A DNA stretch of 63,807 bases, the filler included, from Octopus bimaculoides (taxonomy: Eukaryota), in NCBI RefSeq assembly GCF_001194135.2. It is 5 parts of 5 records of this genome, joined end to end, with 100 filler letters (N's around TTAATTAATTAA, not from the genome) between each part and the next. Parts side by side here need not be neighbours in the genome. Positions count along the whole stretch, not along the records: positions 17,947 to 47,380 come from NC_068984.1; positions 47,481 to 57,224 come from NC_068993.1; 3 more parts are not named here. One strand, given 5' to 3'. Each line of letters starts with the position of its first letter. Position 1 is the first letter of the stretch. The notes below the pieces were generated by a model. That model ran no database searches and was not told the origin of the DNA. It saw only the letters and a program-made list of their open reading frames with translations. Below, one piece after another: positions 39,735 through 50,980 of this stretch. A program made the position numbers and the translations under genes.

Positions 39735-40275
39735 AAAACGAAGGATTGCACGTATTTCTGCATCTTTGTTTGCCGTAAGCCCTTGTACAAAAATGGGGCT
39801 CTTAAACATGTCAGGAGTTAGTTCCTTCAGTTCAAACCTTTCACACATTCTGTTTACGGTCGCGGCATACGTCACAAAGTCTTCATCCTCTCTTTTAACT
39901 GGATTCCAATACTCCCATCGAGTGTTAAATAGGGAACTCTTATCACTGAATATTTTTGATAGTAGTTAGACTGTTTCCTGGAAACAAATTTCACTAGTTT
40001 TTTGGGGTTGTATGAAATTACAATATTTTTCATGTTCAGCCAGCGCTTATTTGCGTAATAATAATCTCAAATTTTCGTTGTCCGTCCACGGCTTGCAATT
40101 TCTTCGTACCTTCTAAAGTACGCAGCAAACGTTATACCCTCCTCTGGGTCATAACTGAATTCTGTTATAGAGTTCGATACGCTGTCGGGCGAAAACGAAC
40201 TTATAGTTTTTCCGGACTTCATAAGAAATAGCTCCATTAACTGTTGTTGCTTTTTTTTTGTTGGTGAAGTAGTTG
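39735..40275 (-). mobile_element. Gypsy-type LTR retrotransposon gag-like fragment, decayed
   Basis: Minus-strand FSPDSVSNSITEFSYDPEEGITFAAYFRRYEE... and TYAATVNRMCERFELKELTPDMFKSPIFVQGLTANKDAEIRA resemble capsid-like gag regions of invertebrate Gypsy elements. Frameshifted; no pol seen. Confidence 0.6.
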
Positions 40276-40282
40276 TTTCTGC

Positions 40283-40336
<54 letters not shown>

Positions 40337-40907
40337 NNNNNNNNNNNNTATATATATATATATATATATGCATACGTACGTACATACACAGAAGAAATTT
40401 TTACCAAGCTTTTAGAACTGAAGTACTAATATTTCGTGTCACAAATTTCGGCTGAATGTTCTACAAAATCTAATAAATGTATTTCCCTTGAAACGTTACT
40501 AATTTGCCGACACAAGCATCATAAAACATTTCCTCACACTCACTCGAATCTAGTATTTTCTAATAATTTGCTTTACATCTGCACGTTTTGCTGTATTGTG
40601 ATCAGCCCTAGGTAATTGTCTTGTGTACATCTATGGTGTAATATGAGTTTATATTTTCGTGTCGACCATAAAAACGCTATTGTAATGTTTTAACCAATAA
40701 ATTACTTCACAGTTTTAAGTGAGTATATTTCCCTTTCAAGTATGTCGCCATTCCACGTATACTAATCAGCTTCTGTGCATGTGCATTCCAGTTTATTCTA
40801 TTTTTAAGAGAACATTTAACTTTCTAACTGCGCTGGAGTAGTTGTAAAATAGTCCGCATCCATTATACTCCTAAAACATTACATAATATACAATTCTTCA
40901 ATTCGGA

Positions 40908-40953
<46 letters not shown>

Positions 40954-41163
40954 AGGAAAACATAAATGTGCAAACCAAGAGATCGGTAAAGGCAGTTGGA
41001 AGCTGATTTTGTCTGGTCAAGCAATTTGGGTCGAGATGAAAAAGTTTTTTTGCCCAATCAAAACAAAATTGGAAGCGCATTGTGACCAGTGGTGTGTAAC
41101 AGCATCTGATGGTCGATACTTTGATAAATTATTGGTTGCTACGTATGTTTCACCACTGCAGTA

Positions 41164-41313
41164 GTTTGGAACTCAGCATTACATGTTCCAAGATCTGTAA
41201 CAGAATACACTCTGTTACAAATATGTGAAAGAATGTAATAAAGTATTCCACTGATGATCCATTGCAATTAAATATCCAAATACACTTGAAACGTGTAATG
41301 CTGAGTTCCAAAC
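41164..41313. mobile_element. Putative 150-bp MITE
   Basis: GTTTGGAACTCAGCATTACATGTTCCAAG and CTTGAAACGTGTAATGCTGAGTTCCAAAC are inverted (2 mismatches in 29 bp); GTA flanks both sides. Confidence 0.65.
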
Positions 41314-41493
41314 GTACGTAGGAACTAATAATTTATGCTTATGTTTGTCTTAATTTTCCCCTGTATATTCTCTCTATACGAAAACTAGTAACACTTCTAA
41401 CTACAATGATTGACTAACCACTATACTGAAAGATAACTTCATAATGATAATCTACTTGGATCTCTAGCTCATATAATAGTAGTCGTAAATTTA

Positions 41494-41524
<31 letters not shown>

Positions 41525-42164
41525 NNNNNNNNNNNNNNNNNNNNNNNNNNNNNNNNNNNNNNNNNNNNNNNNNNNNNNNNNNNNNNNNNNNNNNNNNNNN
41601 NNNNNNNNNNNNNNNNNNNNNNNNNNNNNNNNNNNNNNNNNNNNNNNNNNNNNNNNNNNNNNNNNNNNNNNNNNNNNNNNNNNNNNNNNNNNNNNNNNNN
41701 NNNNNNNNNNNNNNNNNNNNNNNNNNNNNNNNNNNNNNNNNNNNNNNNNNNNNNNNNNNNNNNNNNNNNNNNNNNNNNNNNNNNNNNNNNNNNNNNNNNN
41801 NNNNNNNNNNNNNNNNNNNNNNNNNNNNNNNNNNNNNNNNNNNNNNNNNNNNNNNNNNNNNNNNNNNNNNNNNNNNNNNNNNNNNNNNNNNNNNNNNNNN
41901 NNNNNNNNNNNNNNNNNNNNNNNNNNNNNNNNNNNNNNNNNNNNNNNNNNNNNNNNNNNNNNNNNNNNNNNNNNNNNNNNNNNNNNNNNNNNNNNNNNNN
42001 NNNNNNNNNNNNNNNNNNNNNNNNNNNNNNNNNNNNNNNNNNNNNNNNNNNNNNNNNNNNNNNNNNNNNNNNNNNNNNNNNNNNNNNNNNNNNNNNNNNN
42101 NNNNNNNNNNNNNNNNNNNNNNNNNATATATATACAGACTTTTTCAGAAGCACTAATTAATTTC

Positions 42165-43012
42165 AAAGAAGTCCAAAACTATCCCCCTTCAAAGTACGAT
42201 CTTCTCATTTCATTGCAGTTGTTGTCGTGTTTCAGCTACATGGTGAAGGCTTCCTCGATGTCCTCTAAATTGAAGGCATCCAGAACACTCGTTACAGCCG
42301 CATTCGTCTTCAAACCGACAGCCTCTGAGGCTTTCGTCCATCTTAGAGAACAATAATAAATCAGAAGGGGGCAAGGTCTGGACTGTAGGTAGTGTGAGGG
42401 ACAGGTTTAATGCCCATTCCTCTCAAATAGTTGATTACCAGGATGCTCGTCACCGAGCACCCATCCTAGGAACAAACAAATGTTGCGCATATTCAGATCT
42501 TCGTGATTATTCAGATCTATGTACATTTACCGCACTAAGTTCAAACTATACTTGTTGTATTTATAGACACATGACGGTCTTCATTCAGAAAATTGCAAAT
42601 ATTCACAACCAGTTTTGATGCTCTGACGTCCCTCGCGCTCCCACAACTCTCGCCGTCTCTCACCTCCTCTCTGCCATTCTTGAACCTCTTGTATGAGCGA
42701 AAAAAATAATTCACAAGCAGTCTAGAGAATTTAAGTTTCTCTAACGTTTTACCCCAGTTTGACCAAAAGTTTTATTGCATAGCGAGCTTTCAAATTGACT
42801 TTAAATCTCGACTGCATTCTAAAAACTAGTAAGCTGTGACAAGCAGTGTTTAGTAGGGTGCGTTCAAACTGCTGTTACAGCCGTCCCCTTCAATGTGGAA
42901 TAACAAAAGTTGTTCGATCAGCTTATGAGATGTATAATAATGATACAGAAAATTAGAATGATCTAAGACAGTTATAACTGCCTCTCTTCATAAAGTCTCA
43001 AAACTTCTATGT
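42165..43012 (-). mobile_element. Mariner-family relic with internal deletion
   Basis: Minus-strand pieces resembling LNEDRHVS...DLNM..FVPR are joined directly to REMGIKPVPHTTYSPDLAPSD, followed by a decayed C-terminus. TIR-like aagttttgagact near 43000. Confidence 0.7.
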
Positions 43013-43029
43013 TCCCAGATTAATTATGT

Positions 43030-43865
43030 TTAATAAAAAAGTAATTTACCTAAGTTTTAGCATCGTCTCCAAAATAGTCATCTTGTACGGCAATACATCG
43101 GTCCCAGCGTTCCAGTTACTTTTGGAATCCGGCCTGGTAGTCGTTTTCCATAAGCGAGTCGAGGATCTTTTGCGACTCACTGTGGATCTCGACAACGATG
43201 CAGCGACTTTGAGCTCCATTTTCCTCTTGGAGAAGGGAAGGAAGTCCGGAGGTGCTAAATCCAACGAAAAGGGCGTGTATGGAAGCGTTTCCATGTTGTT
43301 TTTGGCAAGAAACTCGCGAGTGAAGAGAGTGCGGTGACAGGGTGCATTGTCGTCGTGAAGAATCTAATTCTTCACACTCCAGAGCTTCGGTCGTTTTCAC
43401 TGAATGTTCTCCCTCAAACGCTTCAAAACATCGCAGTAGAACTTTCGATTGATGGTCTGGCCCTGGAGGGAATTCTCGATGTACAATACCACATCTCCGG
43501 GGATGACGTTCGTAGCAGGGCTTTCAGATCGCATAACGTATTCCAGGGATGTTATTCCGCTTTTGAGGCACCACTCGAAACACTGCGTACAATCCGATGC
43601 CTCATCACTGTAAGCCTGCCAAAGCATGCACAATGTCTTTGTTGCAGACATCCCAAGTTTAATTCAAAGCTTCACGTTGGCTCTGTGTTCCTGTCCGTGA
43701 GAAAATCGCAGACTACAACATACACATGATCACAAAAACCTAAATTTCGCACTCGGTACACTGTTTCATGAAATTCACTGCTAGCTCTTATTGCGCACGC
43801 AACCGTGTGCTACCATCTGTAGGCGCGCTACAGAACTAGTCCGGAAACTTGTTGATACCAACTCG
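43030..43865 (-). mobile_element. Mariner-family relic with internal deletion
   Basis: 5' TIR (TA)CGAGTTGGTATCAACAAGTTTCCGGACTAG at 43865. Peptides TKTLCMLWQAY..EA...QCFEW, GQTINRKFYCDVLKRLRENI, LHDDNAPCH and METLPYTPFSLDLAPPDF. Confidence 0.85.
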
Positions 43866-43879
43866 TATATACATATACA

Positions 43880-43955
<76 letters not shown>

Positions 43956-44699
43956 TATACATTCATATATGGGTACAGGACGTCACCAACGGTGCAAATA
44001 ACATGGAATACGTAAACAAACGAGTTAAATAAGTACAACGAGAAAAAATGGAAAACAGGGCAAGTAAACACAGAGAAAGGACCCTTCATTAGTTGTCGGC
44101 TCTCTATCTACTCCTCATTTTGAGCATTCAACGACAATATGAGTCTTCAAAAACAGTTGCTCCCATAAATTCTAAAATAAAATTTAGGATTTATAGGGGG
44201 GGACAAAGTTGGGTACAAAAACATGACAATGAAGACATACAAGGAAACCGAACGAAAACAAATATGGAGGGTCGTTAGTCAAGAACGAGAAGAAAATAGT
44301 GAACGCTGGGAGAAAGAGAAATTACACGTCCGTTCTTTTGAACGTCCGTGCAGGAAAGGAAAGATGGTCACGTGAAGAAAAGAAAGATGGACGATGGTCA
44401 CGTATGAGCAACGAGGCTGTTGTTTAAAGAATCAGGAAGGTCATAAGGATTTAAACAAATGGCTGATCAATAATCCACAAGAAAATTGCGATAATGGATA
44501 ATTTGGAAGGAATTAGGAAGGAGAAGTTATTAAATTTGAACTTTTGTTGTGTAGACACTATTGATTTTATTTATTAATCGTCCACTCGTATGTACCTTGC
44601 TAGTCTTTTTGAAATGTGCAATTGTCTTCATCTTTATAACTACTTGAGTTCAAAAGTTTCTGCAAGTATTTTTAATAAATATTCTACTTGATATATGAA

Positions 44700-44830
44700 G
44701 GCAACTGGCCAAATGGTTAGGATGTATCACACACGATTGCAAGATTGTCGTCTCGATTCCAGGACTGGGCGATGTGTTGTGTTCTTGAACAAAATACTTC
44801 ATTTCACGTCGCTCAGCGATCAATTCCAAT
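44700..44830 (+). mobile_element. tRNA-like SINE head
   Basis: tggccaaatggttagg A-box-like and ctcgattcc B-box-like motifs, followed by tgtgttgtgttcttgaacaaaatacttcatttcacg; related copies at 22130 and 29405. Confidence 0.55.
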
Positions 44831-45583
44831 TCCACACCGTGCATCTGTACAGGCAATGTCGATTTGGTGAAGACAGTTAGCACAAACATTTAATCACTAT
44901 GAAAAAAAAACCAGGTTGTTCTGTAAGAAATTACTGAACCCTCACCAGTTGTACACAACAAACTTTTGTATATTATTCATTCTACGAGAAAACATCTTGA
45001 ATATTCTCAAGTTATAGCTTCTCGTCTTCTGATTTTCTGATATAAGAAAATTAAAATAAGATACTATCGTTGCTATTGATTTTTTTCTCATATTTTTTTC
45101 TGTCCATTAAATTCTCATTCTTCCTGAAAATTAATGTTCGCTTTTGTCAAGATACTATGATTAATTAGGCAATGCATTAAACAAAACAATTTTTTTCTAT
45201 TCCGGAAACGTAATCGATAAATGTGAAGTTTTGGTTATTATATTTATTGACATTGAACAATATTCATCTAAATTTGAACAGAGTTAATATAAGTAAACAT
45301 CATATCTACTTTATAACAATACAGAATAGGATATACTATAATACTATTCCAATAATTACTTATATATTTCAATGAATTTAATGCTAGATTAAAATGTCTT
45401 GGACTACAATGTACAGACAACTGTTTCAGTTATGAATAATATAGATAACAGGCGCTACTTTGAGATCGATTTTGCACACGACGTTTATTTGTTTAAAAGC
45501 TGTCTTTATATTCAAGGCTTGTTTATTTATAGAAAGAAATATAACTCCGGATTGACATTTGCATATCAAAGATAATTAATTAC

Positions 45584-45659
<76 letters not shown>

Positions 45660-46826
45660 NNNNNNNNNNNNNNNNNNNNNNNNNNNNNNNNNNNNNNNNN
45701 NNNNNNNNNNNNNNNNNNNNNNNNNNNNNNNNNNNNNNNNNNNNNNNNNNNNNNNNNNNNNNNNNNNNNNNNNNNNNNNNNNNNNNNNNNNNNNNNNNNN
45801 NNNNNNNNNNNNNNNNNNNNNNNNNNNNNNNNNNNNNNNNNNNNNNNNNNNNNNNNNNNNNNNNNNNNNNNNNNNNNNNNNNNNNNNNNNNNNNNNNNNN
45901 NNNNNNNNNNNNNNNNNNNNNNNNNNNNNNNNNNNNNNNNNNNNNNNNNNNNNNNNNNNNNNNNNNNNNNNNNNNNNNNNNNNNNNNNNNNNNNNNNNNN
46001 NNNNNNNNNNNNNNNNNNNNNNNNNNNNNNNNNNNNNNNNNNNNNNNNNNNNNNNNNNNNNNNNNNNNNNNNNNNNNNNNNNNNNNNNNNNNNNNNNNNN
46101 NNNNNNNNNNNNNNNNNNNNNNNNNNNNNNNNNNNNNNNNNNNNNNNNNNNNNNNNNNNNNNNNNNNNNNNNNNNNNNNNNNNNNNNNNNNNNNNNNNNN
46201 NNNNNNNNNNNNNNNNNNNNNNNNNNNNNNNNNNNNNNNNNNNNNNNNNNNNNNNNNNNNNNNATATATATATATATAGTGTAGGAAAATTAGAGAATTT
46301 TTCTACCAGTGGCTAGCATGCATAGAATAGTCAATAGACAACATATTATTCATATAAAATTAGTGTACATTTATACACAAAAGAAGTGACCCTAACAGGA
46401 CACCTTACATGCTAAAAGGAACAGTCAAAGTCGAAACCACGATTAAGAGTTATTTCGAAGGGAATGGAAAATAACGATATTTTCAATAGTTACTACTTGT
46501 ACCTAGGTTTCGAACATTAATGCATAAATGAAATAATTTGATATCCGTGTTATCCAAAAGTCACCTGACAATAAATCAAACACATTTAATTCCAAGTTTT
46601 ATTTATGTTTAACAACTGAATGAATTTAATAAAAGCATCTAAATATGAAACATTATGAAAATTGCTCAAACTGAAGTCCTTCTTGAACGGTACCTTTATT
46701 CCAAGTAAATACATAAAATTGAATATTAAGTATTAATGGAATTTTGATTTATTGTCTGGTGACCTTTGGCAAACCCTGCATATATAACAACAACAACAAC
46801 AACGACAGCAAAACAACAACAACAAC

Positions 46827-46891
<65 letters not shown>

Positions 46892-46992
46892 TGATGATGA
46901 TGATAAATTCAAATTACGATAAACGTAAACAAACAAACGAATTTTGCCCTTAGAAGCCTTGAGTTGTCTTAGAAAGTTAAAGAAGTGATATT

Positions 46993-47134
46993 TAAATTCT
47001 CAATCGCAGGATAATGCTAATAATATAGCCTGAACAAGATAAACTACCCCTAGCTAATCACCTTTTTTCTGCAAAATAGGGGTAGTTTATCATGTTCAGG
47101 CTATATTATTAGCATTATCCTGCGATTCAGAATT

Positions 47135-47138
<4 letters not shown>
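46993..47138. repeat. Fold-back element with ~60-bp near-perfect inverted arms and a ~24-nt spacer
   Basis: aaattctcaatcgcaggataatgctaataatatagcctgaacaagataaactacccta pairs with taggggtagtttatcatgttcaggctatattattagcattatcctgcgattcagaattt with about 2 mismatches. Confidence 0.9.
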
Positions 47139-47191
<53 letters not shown>

Positions 47192-47380
47192 GTAATAATA
47201 ATAATATCCAAAAACATCGGAAATAAAGACATCGCGTGGAGCCCAAATATAGCTGACAAAGGGTTGGACTATACCCGAGTAAGTAATACTCATTGAAATT
47301 TATTCCTATTTTTCCAAATATAATGATGTATTTTAACTTGATACCTCCACTACCCGAACAGCGATCGTAAACACACGTGT

Positions 47381-47480
47381 NNNNNNNNNNNNNNNNNNNN
47401 NNNNNNNNNNNNNNNNNNNNNNNNTTAATTAATTAANNNNNNNNNNNNNNNNNNNNNNNNNNNNNNNNNNNNNNNNNNNN
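47381..47480. other. Artificial scaffold spacer N44-TTAATTAATTAA-N44
   Basis: Exactly 100 bp, with identical architecture at four sites. Confidence 0.9.
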
Positions 47481-47501
47481 ATATATATATATATATATAT
47501 A

Positions 47502-47672
47502 GGCGTGTGTGTCGGTGTCTGTGTCTTTACGTCCGCGTAACCTAGCGGCTCGGCAAAAGAGACCGATAAGATAAGTACTAGACTTACAAAGAATAAGTCT
47601 TGGGTTGATTTGCTCGACTAAAGGCGGTGCTACAGCTTGGCCGCAGTGAAATAACTTAACAAATAAAAGAAT
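47502..47672 (+). mobile_element. SINE-like repeat, family D
   Basis: gtgtctttacgtccgcgtaacctagcggctcggcaaaagagaccgataag...taaaggcggtgctacagcttggccgcag; reverse copies near 38230, 61450 and 2440. Confidence 0.65.
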
Positions 47673-47906
47673 ATGAGAATAAAACTGTCTTGAACAATGC
47701 ACATATGAAAGGAGAAGTTTATCTATGAAATATGCTGAATGCTATAAAATATATTATAGAAGTTATTAACTATAAGTAGCTATATTTCACTATATTTTCT
47801 AAAAACTATGTTAAGTATAAAAATTGCTTACATATATATGTATCGTCAGTAGTTCATGTATATACATATATACACATGTGCGTGTGTGTGTGTGTTTGGG
47901 TGTGTG

Positions 47907-47940
<34 letters not shown>

Positions 47941-48074
47941 TGAATGTATGTATGTGTGTATGTATAAAAACACGATACATCTCTCAACATTTTAGAGTGC
48001 CTAATCCACTCGCAAAGCATTGGTTGGCCCAGAGCTATTGTAGGAGACACCCAAGGTGCACGCCGTGAATTATA

Positions 48075-48452
48075 ATCAAATATATTCGTGACAATTCTTT
48101 AATTCTAACTTTCAGCCTTCAATAATTGTTCTTGTAAGACCTGTTTCGATGCCTTTCTGCCATATGGAATTACGGACACCCGTAATACTTCGCCTACCAC
48201 GAGGGTTACACAGACTTCCCTAGCTTAACCTAAAATTTCATGTTGGCTTTTTCTGTACGCGACAAAATTGCAGACTAGAGCATATATGCGATCACAAAAG
48301 CAAATTTCACAACTTATGATGTAAACACAGCGATGGCACTCGGCATACTGCCCCATGAAGGTCACTGCAAGCTCGGACTGCGCACGCAGCCGTGTGCTAC
48401 CATCTCTTTGTGTACCACAGAACTAGTTCGAGAGTTTTTCGATACACCTCAG
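48075..48452 (-). mobile_element. Short non-autonomous derivative related to the 43030-43865 mariner
   Basis: Shares ...gcagacta.a.cat...cgatcacaaaa..aaattt and ccgtgtgctaccatct....cagaactagt..g, plus a TIR-like end, with 43700-43865. Confidence 0.65.
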
Positions 48453-50075
48453 ATAGCTTCTCTTATCTTATTTTGTTGTTGCGCATATCAATCATCCGAC
48501 TAATTTCTTGAACGCCAGATAAATTTCTCAAAATTCTTATTGGAGTTTTGAATGAAATACTTTGAAAAATTCATGCCAATATGAAAACTATGTCAATTAT
48601 AAATAAATTATTGCTGTCTAAATCCACATTTGTCACGCAAATGTTCGATTCAGTATACCTAGTTATATGTGACGTGAGAAACAGAAGTTTCTCTTTAAGT
48701 GATTAGTGTGGCGGGTTCTGTTTTCAATGGAGTTTCATCTAAATTAATATTCATTATCTTCCTTCAAAATTCCTGGATTGCCAGTTAGGATAACCTCGGT
48801 TATGTGTATGCATTGAAACACACATGCACGCGCACTCGATCAAAGCGAACACACGCACACAAACACATATCTGTTAAAATGAGATGTCAGTGTTAATTTC
48901 ATTTTTGCTTAATTTAGACGACAATTTATTCACCGCACCCTGTATACATACACGGTATTTTCTCTCAGTTACTTAGGAATGGACATATTTTTCAACACCA
49001 ATATTTCGAGAATTTATCAAGAACGCATGGAAACATTAGTGTTGCAATGTCATCTCGAAAGAGATACATTTGATGCCGTACAGCACACACTGCACATCTG
49101 CATTCAGTAACATTACCGCGGACAAATGTGAAAGACAGCGAAGTATGAAATGTAACCAATAATATTCTGTCCCAGACAGTGTGGTAAACTGTAACTAAAA
49201 TTGATTCTAAACCTCCCAATTATATTTAATTATTAACAACCACTGCTGTTATTGATACAGCAGTTCATTAGATTTCATTTCTTATTACGATACATCAATC
49301 TTTATAAAATGAACTCCCTCCAGTATTATGAAGCATATTAATATATTATTCTGCTTAATATCATACCCTTCGCTGTATCATGTCGTTTAATTTATTAGCA
49401 AATATGTCAGGCAGGTGAAATGTGACATATTAGCGCCTAGTCGTAAATACCTACATTTGAGCTCTAGCGCGTATGTGCGCATGTATGTGCGTGTGCGTGC
49501 GTGCGCGTGCATATGTGCATGTGTGGGTATGTGATCTGCATGTTAGTGTGTGTATTTAATTTCACGTTTGGGTGAAAGAATAACTAATAAAATTAATACA
49601 AATAATATTGATTACAGCAGTAGTAACAGCAGCAGTAGCAGTAGTAGTAGTAGTAAAAGTAAGAGGGGGAGGAGTTGTTGTTGTTGATGTCTTCACTATT
49701 GTAGTTGGAGTGTTCTTAAAAGCATAAGTTTCCTCAAGAAACTGGAAGCAGTATTGAAGTCNNNNNNNNNNNNNNNNNNNNNNNNNNNNNNNNNNNNNNN
49801 NNNNNNNNNNNNNNNNNNNNNNNNNNNNNNNNNNNNNNNNNNNNNNNNNNNNNNNNNNNNNNNNNNNNNNNNNNNNNNNNNNNNNNNNNNNNNNNNNNNN
49901 NNNNNNNNNNNNNNNNNNNNNNNNNNNNNNNNNNNNNNNNNNNNNNNNNNNNNNNNNNNNNNNNNNNNNNNNNNNNNNNNNNNNNNNNNNNNNNNNNNNN
50001 NNNNNNNNNNNNNNNNNNNNNNNNNNNNNNNNNNNNNNNNNNNNNNNNNNNNNNNNNNNNNNNNNNNNNNNNNNG

Positions 50076-50980
50076 TGCCGATTGTAAAAGGAAAGAAAAA
50101 GGTCAATAAATACTTGCCATTACATTTTTAATCAACCAAATACGAACCATGTTGTTACACAACGTGCTTCCATTTTTCCTGTAACTTGAAAATACCCCAT
50201 TCCCAGAACTGAGGTGGTTTCATGGCAAAGAATTCATCAGGGTATCTTTTTACGTCATCCAATGAATTGAAATTTTTACCATTAAGCCTATTCTGCAGAG
50301 ACCTGAATAAGTGGAAATCCGAAGGAGCAATATCTGGTGAAAATGGAGGGTGAGGTAACACATCCCAGCCGAGCTGCGGCAATTTTTGTTGGTTCCCAAA
50401 GAAACGTGCGGCCTTGCATTATCATGTTGGAAAACAACACCCTTCCTCTTCGCCAATTCTGGACGTTTCTGTTGAATTGCTGCTTTTAACTCGTCCAGCT
50501 GTGTGCAGTATTTCGCAGAATTGATTATCTGGTTACTTGGGAGAAGCTCATAGTACAGAATTCCATTCTGCCAATTCTCGGGTTGTGCATTGTGAGTTAT
50601 TCTCAATTAATGACTTGATTTGGTCATCATCTGTAGTGGATGATCACTCTTTATCAATAAGGCTACAATCTCCGGCTCGGAACCTTGCGAACCACTTCCG
50701 TACAGTTCTTTCAGATAAAGAAATATCACCGTAAACTGCGCATATTTCTTTGGTTGCCTGTGAAGCATTTTTTCCTTTACGGAAAAAGAAAAGCATCAAG
50801 TGCCGAAAATGAACTTTCTTATCTTCCATTTTAAAGGGTTATAGAATTAACACAGGTTATAGGAACATAAACCTTCTTCCACGAAAAGATAGCTTAAACG
50901 GTGCTCTAAATGGAGGGGTAGACAAATTCTACTTTATGGACTCAACCATGTTCTAAAATAAGTCGAAAAGTTAGCTGAAA
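50076..50980 (-). mobile_element. Mariner (D,D34D) relic with internal deletion; ATG at 50829
   Basis: MEDKKVHFRHLMLFFFRKGKNASQATKEICAVYG...RTVRKWFARFRAGD (HTH), then GILYYELL...FQHDNARPH...LPHPPFSPDIAPSDFHLF. The 3' TIR runs into the N gap. Confidence 0.92.

Noticed and set aside
43965-44620. Possible Penelope-like fragment sharing a gggtacaggac start with about 21338
   Set aside because: It looks repetitive, but I could not recover RT or GIY-YIG motifs in any frame, so it is left unannotated.
48960-49220. Protein-like short frames after a pyrimidine-AG site
   Set aside because: No recognisable homology, no matching donor and no partner exons.
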